Source: Chrysomallon squamiferum
Taxonomy: Eukaryota; Animalia; Mollusca
DNA length: 64,000 bases
Assembly: GCA_012295275.1 (NCBI GenBank)
Contig: CM022671.1
Span: 5,766,001-5,830,000 of the forward strand
Reading direction: 5' to 3'
The position numbers and the translations under genes were made by a program. This document shows positions 53,195 to 64,000 of this stretch, piece after piece (position 1 is the first letter of the stretch; the number at the start of each line of letters is the position of its first letter). The notes under the pieces are model-generated. The model saw nothing but the letters and a program-made list of their open reading frames with translations. It was not told where the DNA came from and made no database searches.

Positions 53195-53750
53195 TAAATG
53201 AAAAAAAAATTTAAGCATCTGAAGAGAATTTATTTATTTATTTATTTTATTATTATAATTTTTTTAATTTTACAAACCTTTAAGTTTTTCTTGGAATTCA
53301 TCTTCAGACATATTCTGTTTATCACTTTCAATGATAATTCCATTATATCTACAATAAATTTAATTTTTCTTTTTACTGAAAGGATATTCAACTACCTTAC
53401 CAGAATGAATGAACAAATAAATGAATGAATAAAAAATATTTTAAATACTAACTTTTATTGTGTGATTATTACATGAACGGAAACTTGCTGCTATAAATCA
53501 TGGGTTGTTCTTATCAATTACCAGCAAGGATTCTTTTTGGGTGTGTATACTTTCCGACATACAGACTAGCACATACCACATCTTTGTCAAACAGATATGT
53601 GGAATAGTGGAATACAGATGTAGTGTTGTGTAGGAGTAAAGGCCAAGGATTTTAAACCCATTCTCAAGTTACTGATGTTTACATATATATATATATATAT
53701 AAAAAATAATACACACACCTGTCTTTTCTCACTGTAAAGCTTTCAGCCAT
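50134..53750 (-). CDS. NUDT6: Nudix hydrolase of the NUDT6 (pre-Nudix + Nudix) family, ~255 aa
   Basis: Exons 53750-53719 (alternative ATG 53759), 53348-53278, 52679-52588, 52164-52059, 51494-51390, 51281-51079 and 50292-50134, all in phase. Motifs: DRYNGI, GVRGLWVKV, LGFDFHHAQSGYVMLTRWL, PEYANQYIGVAG, Nudix box GGHAEKGENLADTAKREVFEETG and FGCSDIYFIC. Confidence 0.9.
52925..53115. mobile_element. Degenerate SINE-like dispersed repeat (related fragment at ~53480-53640)
   Basis: CAGCAACAAAGGATTATTTATATGCATACCC here and CCAGCAAGGATTCTTTTT...ACAGACTAGCACATACCACA at 53521 resemble one another and a gastropod SINE family recalled from memory. Not verified. Confidence 0.4.
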
Positions 53751-53951
53751 CTTTAACATCAACTCAGTAGTCAGAATTCAATATTCCATACAAAATCTTC
53801 CTAACTTTATCTATGTTCACATCACTTCATCATTTCTTTATCAAATGTATAATTAAAATCTTATAACAATTCTCATGAGATCCACACATTAATTTTTCAA
53901 GTTGTTAATCAATCATTTATTTTGTTCTGTTTTAATTTAATATATATTTTT

Positions 53952-55262
53952 TTAATCGAGTCCTTCTCTCTCTTTGAAAGCTTTTTTCATCTCCAGTCTG
54001 CGTTTGTTTGTCTTCTTCTGCAGCAGTCGACTTTGTGAGTTTTCTTTCACTCTTAGTGCTAGGAAACTGTTTTCTCCGTTCAGACAAAAATCGACCTGTT
54101 CCACCAGCCTCTCTCTCGCTCGCTTACGATTTTTAACAAGCGACCGTGTTTCGTGACACTGAAAATACAAGTAGACATCTTGTTTTTAATGTTTATTCTA
54201 TCACAATTTTATTTTTGACCCATTTTATTTTATTTTCACATTAGTCTGTTTTCATGTTTATTTCTTCTGGTATGGACTTACTGATGTTTTATAAAAAAAA
54301 TATTATCCAAAGATTTAAATTAATTTGTATAGATCAAAACCAACTTCTGAATTTACAACTTTCAGTTAAGGAATATTTTTAAAATATGGAAATTTAACTT
54401 TTTAAACTGTTTGTGACAAAGAGAAGATTTTGAGTTCAGTCGTAAGTTAAATGTCTCTTTATTTACACAGTTTTTCATTCAACAATTAGTTCAAATAATT
54501 TCTAAAAGTTTAATTTGATTAGTTTGATTTTCAAAACTGATCAATTAGCCATTTTGTTTTAAAATTGGACAGTTTTAATTTATAATATATTTAATGCTAT
54601 TAATGATACACATAACTGTTTAAAACAAAAAAATTCAAATCAAAGAAATTAATTTTTAAAAATAAAATTCAATTTATAGGTTTCATTAATAATATTATCC
54701 TGAGTATCTTTTACTTTGGAATGTTACATTAGAAATTATCCACACATCTATTAGCTTTTTTCACTTGTGTTATTGCAGACTGTGCTGCTTTGTGCTCAAG
54801 AATTAGACTCACTTTGACAGTAACTCCGGTAGGCAAGTGTTGTAACACGACACAGTTTGTTGTCTTGTTCACTGACTGACCTCCTGGTCCACTGCCTCTC
54901 ACAAATGTCTCCTTCAGCTCCTCTTCTTTTATTTCTGGAAATATGTATGTTTTTTTAGACACTCCACAAATCTGAGCAGCACGAAAATTCCTGAAATAAG
55001 TTTTGTGAATATCTTCGTTATTTCTGTTCCTTGAAAACAGATAATTTACATGAGGGTTTAGAGTGTGTAAACTCCTGGTTTTGTGAATATTTCCAATGTC
55101 TGCTTTTCTTGAAAACAAATGATTTACTGTAGAGTTTATCGCATGTCCCCAGTCCTGTGTTCTCCCAAAGATGAAGTTGTGTACATGATGTTGTAACGGA
55201 GATGTTTGTGTGAAAGTTTTTGCTGTAGATGTGACCAGACAGAGATGTCGGATGCCAATCAT
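53952..55262 (-). CDS. MTRFR: Mitochondrial translation release factor in rescue (C12orf65), ~218 aa
   Basis: Exons 55262-54813 and 54158-53952. ELKETFVRGSGPGGQSVNKTTNCVVLQHLPTGVTVK|CHETRSLVKNRKRARERL is the GGQ release-factor domain of the C12orf65 type. The C-terminal tail is basic and the N-terminus resembles a transit peptide. Confidence 0.93.
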
Positions 55263-55342
55263 TCCAGGATTTGCTATTCAAATCAGCAGCAGCTGATCAT
55301 TTAGTTAAATTCCTTTAAACAAAAATTTAAAAATTTAAATAA

Positions 55343-55410
<68 letters not shown>

Positions 55411-55505
55411 AAAAATAATAACAAAGAAATAAAATTAAATTTAAAAAATATTACTGACTGAAAAATATTGTTATTATTATCTTATTATTATTATTATTAT
55501 TATTA

Positions 55506-55566
<61 letters not shown>

Positions 55567-55994
55567 TTAATGAATTGTGCACATGGTACTGACAGGATAA
55601 GTTACTGGGTGTGAACCACTGTATACTAATATATTTTAAAAATAATAAAATAATAATAAAATAACTGATAATTAAAAAATACATTATAAACATTAACTAG
55701 AATTATTTGTGTGCATTACAATTAGATAATTAATTTGAAAAATAAATATTTATATTACATGTACAAAAATCAATATTTTATTATTATTATTATTTACAAA
55801 CTTGATAACTGTTTTTGTTTGTTTTGTTTTTTAAAAGAAAAGTAAAATTCCGGCATCAGTTGAATTTTAACTTACACATTAAATCAAAATATATTATGCT
55901 GCTATTTACTGAACTATTTTATTCATGACACTGCAAAAACATAAACATTGTATTAGTCTATTAAAACAAAAAGTCAACATTTTGGTAATTTTTA

Positions 55995-56041
<47 letters not shown>

Positions 56042-56199
56042 ATTTTTCACCATTTAATTTCATTTGTGCTTTTTTTTTTGTGGGCCTTTTTTTTTCTTAT
56101 TTTTAAATATATTACAGCAATGCTATCAACATTATGCCACAGTAAAGGTGTTCTTTCTTCCTTTCTTTTTTTTAATCAACTAATTTAATTTATTATTAA

Positions 56200-56260
<61 letters not shown>

Positions 56261-56639
56261 TTTATATATCATTTAAAAAAAAAAAAAAAAAAAAAATCTA
56301 ATAATGAATTTTCACGCATTGGATACAGCCAGAACACGACAGTTTAGGTAACTAACTAGTAACTAACTAATAATACAGTACCAGTGGTACAAGACTTAGT
56401 AGAAGCAGATACGACTACCAAGTGTCTGTATGATGTGTATCTTATGAAATTTTTAATTTTTATTATTATTATTATTATTTTTTTTTTTTTTGATGCGATA
56501 ATTAAAATTTACTTATATGACATTACAAAATTTTAACTTTTTGTGGGTTATCATTCACTGTTTATTATTTATTTACGATTTATTCATTTCAGTTAGGTAC
56601 AAACCGGTCTCACTCATAGAAATGTCATTGAAATCTCTT

Positions 56640-57040
56640 TTCCTCGCACTAAACCGGAAATGTTTCTCCTAACCGGAAGTATAATTAGAAGCAAGTAGGC
56701 TTTAAGTAGATTTTTTTTTCCTATCTCTCTCATTTAACCTAGATTTAAAATTCAAATATAAAAATGAATGAAAGTCGTTATAATTATTTTCTTACCTGCA
56801 GCAGTCATGATTCCCGAAACATGTTCCCTGTTAACTAGAAAGAAAAACTAAATATAGAAAACCGAATAAAGGGTCATAGTTTGACATTAGCCGAGTAATC
56901 ACGACTACCAAACCCCGCGTCGAGCGTCACAAGTATCAACAAGAAAGAAACAAAGCGCAGACTTCAAAGTAGCGACATTTGTTAAGTTGATTATTTTCAT
57001 GAATGCACAACCAGAATAAACGTCAGACTAATGCGTAAGT
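56640..57040. promoter_or_regulatory. Putative bidirectional promoter for MTRFR and MPHOSPH9
   Basis: CpG-richer island in AT-rich DNA with two ETS/GABP motifs (ACCGGAAA 56653, ACCGGAAGT 56672). Divergent donor sites: CAG|GTAAGA on minus at ~56795 and GC|GTAAGT on plus at ~57035. Confidence 0.55.
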
Positions 57041-57394
57041 TTATGATCTTCCTAATTCATTTGTTTTTTGTTGTTGTTATTGCATATTTTAATTTTTGCT
57101 TTTTTTTAAATTAATAAATTCATGTAATAAACTGAATAATCGCGATTCTTGAAAGAAGTTAACTCGGAAAATACTCGGATTTTGTTGATAGCCAACTCAG
57201 CGATTTTATTTTTAAATCAGTAAAGTTAAACTGTCAGATATGGACACTGGGGTTTATTAACTATTTTAAAAACAGATAATCAAACTGAGTAATAATAAAT
57301 ATCCAAAAACATGATATGTCAACTTTAAAACTGTTTATTATCTACCTGACTACAGTAAAGGAATCTAAATTATCAGTAAAGAAATCTGGTGATG

Positions 57395-57425
<31 letters not shown>

Positions 57426-57813
57426 ATAACTGATACTTTGATTTTAAAAAACATGTTTTGTAGAAAAAAAAGCAGCAAGAAAATTAGAATTTATTTTAAT
57501 TTATTTTAAATTTATTTTAAAAAGTAGAAATGAGTACGTTAAAATCAAAGCACAGTCTCCATTAATATGGCAGTGATCCCATTATGAATGTATGAATAGA
57601 AATTACAATAAACAAAACAGTTAAGCTAAGCTAAGTTAAAGGTGACTAATGTACCCTTCTAACATCTGTCCTAAGCAGCTAAGCTACTACCAGCCATGTG
57701 TGTGTGTGTTTGTCTTGTTTACATAAAAACAATTAAAAAAGAAATTTTAACAAGACGTACTTTATCAACACAAAGTTATCATTTTATCTGTTCTTCTTTT
57801 CAGATAGGTAAGA

Positions 57814-60800
57814 ATGGAACCAGACAATGCAGGAGGAGACAGGAAGCTGGATGATCAGAAACTGTCTCCAGTTACTAAGACAGATGAGGAGAACATGGAT
57901 GACTTCTTCTCAGGAATGTCTAGAGAAAGACCAGTGACTCCTGGACAGGATTCTGATCCTGTTGAAGTCTCATCTCCACAGAAGCACACTGACAATGAAG
58001 TTGGTGATGCCAAGGTGCAGACAGAAGTGGCAACAGAAGACGATGGTTCAAAGCTGCCTGAATTAAAAGAGGATGGTCATAAAAATGATGAAGTCGTTGT
58101 AGAAAGTGAAAACAAGGCACTGATAGTTGTCACTGGACCTGATGAAAATCCAGACTTGATTGTGAGTCCTTCTGATGATCCATTGTCATCTAAACCTGCT
58201 GGAACAGAAAGTGAGACAGAATCTGAACAAGAATCAAAGGTGGATGAACAAATTTTGAGAGAATCTAAAGATTCTGATTTGTATCAGAGTGAATCTGAGG
58301 AGGCTGAGGCATCCGTGAAGGAATTTGTGAAATCAGATGAAATCCTGAAAACATCCGAGAATGCAGACGAGCTTCTCAAGGCATCAGAAACAATCCAGGA
58401 AGGAGAAGAACACTCACAAGAACCTGAGGAGGTGGAGCTGCCAAAGGTATCATCAGAGTTAGAGGAAACCTTAGGAGAGTCAAAAGATTCTGAGTTGGAA
58501 GTTGATAAAGAGAGTAGAGACTCAGAGGAAGAGAAAGACAAAGAAGTGGATGATGACAGTGATAAAGAGAATCAGGAAGCAGCTATCAATTTTGTTCAAG
58601 ATGTTTTTGAAAAGGCCACACCGATCAGCAAAGACTTTGGTGTAGAATCTGCGTCAGATCAAGAAGATCAAGAAAATGATGTGGGTGAAGAGCCTGAAGA
58701 ACCAACAGTAAAAGAAGATGGTGGAGATATTTCTGATTCTGAAGTCAGTTCGGAGAATCGTGGTAAAGAGACTGTTGAAGACACAGATCATAAAGGAAGA
58801 ATCACAGATATTTCAGGAGATTTCCTTGACAATAAGCATATGTCACAGTCTGAAGATGTTGTTTCAGTGGAAACTGAAGACAAAGTAGAAATGGCAAAAA
58901 CAGATGAAAGTTTATTTGTAAAACAGCAAGAATTTCAGTCTTTTCCTGTGAATATAGAGGATCTAGAAGAAATCAAAGTAAAGACAGTTGATACAGACAA
59001 ACACAAACCTCATTCACATCTTCCTTTGAGTGAAAATATTTACAGAATATGTGATGAAATGTCTCCCAAACTGACTCATTCTCAACTGCTAGAAGAACAA
59101 AGTAAATATATTCAGAAACCTCCAATCCCAGAACTGCAACTGAAAAGAGAAGACATTCAAAGACATCTGGTCAGAGGTGAAGAACAAGTGAGTGCAGCAG
59201 ATGTAGAAAGAATGAAGTCTAAAGATGGACACATTCAGAGTTTGGATCAGGACTATTCATCAGCTCTGGACGACCAGACCTCCGTCAGCCATGCTTCTGC
59301 TGAAATTGTCACTGATGAAGACTGGTCTGAGAATGAAAGGAAAGACTATTCTAGAGTTAAAAAATTACTTAAAGACAAGAGCCAGAAGGAAGGATTTGAG
59401 TCTAAATTAGACAGACAGCTACCTAGTCAGCCTCCTGCTTCTGCCTCGCTGGAATACGAGCTGAAACATCCACTTAAACCTGTCAGCAAGACAGACTCAC
59501 AGGGCGAATCTTACAGTCAGACCAGCAATATCAAACTGTTTGCTAAACGATATGACATGTCAAACAACAATGTTAGCATTGGAGGTTCGTATCTGACCTC
59601 AGAACATGACCGAGATAATGTGTATCCCAGGCCAAGGTCTCTAGTTACTGATGCTCATCAGACTGCTAGCTGGAGTCCAGGAGTTGCTGTGTCTCCACCA
59701 AGTTCTGGTCCAGTGCCTGGTTACAAGTCGTTACAAGATCAGCAGGTTTGTCAGTGTTACAGCAAATGGCAACTCAACGCATTGCAATGTTAACCTGTTT
59801 GTTATATCTTTTATTTTTCACATTATTGAGTAATAGTGATATTTAAGTTGTAACTGAGAAAACCCTCAGCTGTCATTCCATTAGCTGCTCTTATCAATTA
59901 AATTCAAGTAGGTTTTGTAAATAGACCTCCCTCTAGACAGGAAAAATATGTTACAAGTTCTTTGATAAATCATTCTGCTTCTGAATTACAGCAGCCCACA
60001 TTAACATCCCATTCAGTAATTTAGTTCATAACAAATATAATAAATAAATATGATAAATGAACAGAAATGTTTGAAGTGGTATAGAGGTGAAATACTTAAA
60101 ATTATCTTTATTTGGGTGAATTTAGGAAGAGGTAAAATGTCTTCTCTCCTGCACTTATTTACTTTAAAGTGTCTGTCTTTATGTACATATTTATACATGA
60201 CTAAGTGTCAGTGACACTATTCTCAAACATTTTTATATTCATGAAAAAAAAAAAAAAAACATTAAAAAAATGGCTTCATTGATCACATCAGTACTTTTAT
60301 TAGTCATTTAGTGATAACATTTTTTTTTAATAGTTAATCTGCATGTTCTTGTTGGAACTAAACCAGTCTGTAAATAATCATGGAACATCTATGTCATTTT
60401 TAAAAAAATAAAATGTTTCAACATTAGTTTTGTTATTTATTAATTTAAGAAAGTTTTCGTAAAAAATTTTTAGTTAATTAATTTTATAAATAATGATAAG
60501 ATTCTGAAATGAAGAATGAAAATAAATTTTTAATAATTTATACTGTATTGTTTTTGTGTTTTTTTTATAATTAACACAAACTGGACTTGCCCTAAATCAT
60601 TTCATGTTTAAGAAAATTTGATAAGAAAATTAGCAATATGTTTTCATAAGTAAAGTTACTTGTTACAAATATTATAATAATGTATTCAAAATATGTTTTC
60701 TCGTCTAAATGTTTGTGTTCTTGAATGACTTCCTCTCTTCATAATTAAGACAAGTTACCGAATCACTGATACATATTTTTTCAGATGTCCTGGCTGCAGA

Positions 60801-62970
60801 TGTTTAAGATTTTGGAGAAACAACATCGTAAGGAGTTGCAGTCACAGTATCTTGAACACCAGCGACTGATTGAAGGTATTCAGATGCAGATGGAACAAGA
60901 TCTCCTCAAGCAGCAAGAGTCACTTCATCAGAGGCTGGAAGTCCATCGTGAGCTGCTCAGTGACTCAACATCTCCTAATGTTTACACCACTAGTAACAGA
61001 CATCTTGGTTACAGGTTAGTATTAATGTTTACACCACTGGTAACAGACATCATGGTTACAGGTTAGTATTAATGTTTACACCACTGGTAACAGACACCAT
61101 GGTTACAGGTTAGTTCTAATGTTTACACCACGGTTACAAGTTAGTATTAATGTTTACACAACTGGTAACAGACATGGTTACAGGTTAGTATTAATGTTTA
61201 CACCACTAGTAACACACCACGGTTACAAGTTAGTATTAATGTTTACAATACTGGTAACAGACACCATGGTTACAGGTTAGTTCTAATGTTTACACCACTG
61301 GTAACACACCACGGTTACAAGTTAGTATTAATGTTTACACAACTGGTAACAGACACCATGGTTACAAGTTAGTATTAATGTTTACAATACTGGTAACAGA
61401 CATGGTTACAGGTTAGTATTAATGTTTACAACACTGGTAACAGACACCATGGTTACAGGTTAGTATTAATGTTTACAACACTGTTAACAGACACCACGTT
61501 TACAGGTTAGTATTAATGTTTACAACACTGGTAACAGACACCATGGTTACAAGTTAGTATTAATGTTTACAATACTGTTAACAGACACCACGTTTACAGG
61601 TCAGTATTAATGTTTACACCATGGTTACAAGTTAGTATTAATGTTTACAACACTGGTAACAGACATCATGGTTACAGGTCAGTATTAATGTTTACACCAC
61701 TGGTAACAGACACCATGGTTACACGTTAGTATTAATGTTCACAACACTGGTAACACACTATGGTTACAGGTTACTGTTAATGTTTACACCACTGGTAACA
61801 GACACCATGGTTACAGGTTAGTATTAATGTTTACAACACTGGTAACAGACACTATGATTACAGGTTAGTATTAATGTTCACAACACTGGTAACACACTAT
61901 GGTTACAGGTTACTGTTAATGTTTACACCACTGGTAACAGACACCATGGTTACAGGTTAGTATTAATGTTTACACCACTGGTAACAGACACCATGGTTAC
62001 ACGTTAGTATTAATGTTCACAACACTGGTAACACACTATGGTTACAGGTTACTGTTAATGTTTACAACACTGGAAACAGACACCATGGTTACAGGTTAGT
62101 ATTAATGTTTACAACACTGGTAACAGACACTATGATTACAGGTTAGTATTAATATTTACAACAGAGGTAACACACTATGGTTACAGGTTACTGTTAATGT
62201 TTACAACACTGGTAACAAACACTACACTTACAGTTTAGTATTAATGTTTACAACACTGGTAAAACACTATGGTTACAGGTTACTGTTAATGTTTACAACA
62301 CTGGTAACAGACACTGTAGTTACAGGTTAGTCATAATGTTTACAACACTGGTAACAAACACTACAGTTTTACAGATTAGTATTAATGTTTTGGGCTGTTT
62401 TTTATTTTTCATTATTATTTTTTTATTGAAAATATCTTTGATGAGTTCAGAACATTTCTATAAAAAGTAATAAAAACTATTCTGAGAAATGTGTATCATT
62501 TGAATGACACATATTTATCACTATTCATGGATATTTGGTTGACAAGTAACTTGTATTCTCAGACTGTCAACAGAGGAAACCACTGGAAGAGGTTTGTTCG
62601 AGGATTCCAGTCAGAGTAGAATTCCCTCCTCCTCATTACCAATCCGCAGAGCTCTGGACAGAGACTTTGAGTCAAGGACACCTTCACCAACTCGAGGCTA
62701 CATTTCCCTGGACAGTGGGATCAATTCCAGGCCCGTGTCAAGAAAGTCACCCCAAAGAAGCCCGCCCAGAACATCTGACAGAGAGTTTGGAGGGGAGAAG
62801 ATGCTGAGGGGAGGAGTATACAGCACACCTATGCCCATCTCTAGAGGGAGAAACACTTCTAAGGTAAGATTATCTTAAATTCATTTTTGTTGTAGTTCTA
62901 GTAGTCAGGTGAGTTGAAAATTTTGTTGAAAGTGGTTACACTGGGTAATCTTAATTAAGTAGAAAACTTT

Positions 62971-63044
<74 letters not shown>

Positions 63045-63695
63045 TACAGACAGATATATGCATACTTATACCCACACATACACTCACATTACACTGACTT
63101 ACTCATATACTGTGGATGAGATGAAATGATTAAATATGAATTATGCTTTATTTTATTCTTAGGTTTTATTTATTTTTTTGATGAAAAACATATTTTCATT
63201 TATTAAATTTATAAATGCAGAAATATGTTGAATTTTTAAGAGTTCACCAGTTTCATGTTTATTTCAGTCATTTTCTTCTGAAAACAGAAGTGTTAGAAAA
63301 AGTCCTCGTCCAACATCTCCTGTGACAGACGAACTGTCAGATGGACATGTGGATCAGAGTTTGGACAGTCATCCAGGATTAGTGGACAGTCACCACAATA
63401 CAGAGCGTGATGACTCTTACTTGTCAAACAGGTGTGTCACTGTCATTATTTATTTATTTAGTGATTTATTTATTTATTTAATTATTTCGTTATTTATATA
63501 GTTATTTATTTATGTATTTATTTGTATTATGTATTTAATATTTATTTATTTATTTAAGTATTTAGTTATTTACTTATTTATATATTATTTATTTATTTTT
63601 GTTTTATTTTTATTTATATTTTTGTGTATTTATTTATTTATTTATGTATTTTATTGATTTATTTATTTTTGTTTTTTATTTTTTAATTAAATTTT

Positions 63696-63742
<47 letters not shown>

Positions 63743-64000
63743 TTTTAATTATATTTTTATTTACTTACTTGCTTATGTATTTAAAAAATATTTTGCTTAA
63801 CTGATGTAATCATTCATTTGTTTTTTGTTTTGACAACTACACATGCGTTCTGTATTATTTCATTTTTTTCTGTAGTACATAAAATGTAGTCCAGTATGTT
63901 AATATTTCACTAAAGAGATGTGTTACCTGTTACAGCTCCAAGTTACGAGAGAAGCACATCAGAGCAATGTCTGACCTCAGGTCATACTATGAGTCCGAGA
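57814..64000 (+). CDS. MPHOSPH9: M-phase phosphoprotein 9-like protein (5' part; runs off the window)
   Basis: Exons 57814-59745, 60785-61014, 62563-62863, 63268-63431 and 63936->64000, all in phase. WLQMFKILEKQH...Q and LREKHIRAMSDLRSYYESE match motifs I recall from MPHOSPH9 (W.QLFKLVEKQC..Q; LKEKHARHIADLRAYYESE). Adjacency to MTRFR supports the call. Confidence 0.75.
60976..62390 (+). repeat. 47-bp minisatellite made of the MPHOSPH9 exon end plus splice donor
   Basis: Unit TAATGTTTACACCACTGGTAACAGACACCATGGTTACAG|GTTAGTAT, ~30 copies with length variants. The first copy is the last ~38 nt of the exon ending at 61014. Confidence 0.95.

Noticed and set aside
47175-56150. ~110-bp sequence shared by a RAD51D intron (47175-47290) and the MTRFR 5' intron (56040-56150)
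   Set aside because: Most likely a small dispersed repeat; no box C/D or H/ACA structure was evident to support a snoRNA.
60976-62390. CRISPR-like appearance of the 47-bp array
   Set aside because: Units are contiguous with no unique spacers, there are no cas genes, and the context is a eukaryotic intron; it is a minisatellite.

Overview
AT-rich, microsatellite-dense, intron-containing animal genomic DNA. It looks molluscan/gastropod-like, but the species cannot be established from the sequence. All exon models below were read by hand from splice signals and frame continuity. (1) 1-18.2 kb: tandem duplication with two near-identical two-exon IAP genes (BIR-BIR-UBA-RING), each preceded by a decayed pogo/Tigger-like transposon. 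(2) 18.8-41.7 kb: five co-oriented (minus-strand) genes for signal-peptide-bearing proteins, mostly invisible in the ORF track. One is a galaxin-like Cys-Cys protein. The other four (A-D) are related and built from shuffled modules. A, B and C share a gaplessly alignable ~65-aa helical C-terminal domain with an identical 47-nt exon. B and D share an exon-phase pattern with a 56-nt exon. D is a KR/RR-cleavable polyprotein of homologous amphipathic peptides, interrupted by a 1-nt frameshift. This cluster is the best candidate for an undescribed system. (3) 44.6-64 kb: conserved genes RAD51D (with a GC-AG intron), NUDT6, MTRFR/C12orf65 and the 5' part of an MPHOSPH9-like gene. NUDT6 starts only ~200 nt after the MTRFR stop codon, so they may be bicistronic. 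MTRFR and MPHOSPH9 are head-to-head, as I recall for vertebrates. Two minisatellites consist of tandemly amplified splice-donor junctions.
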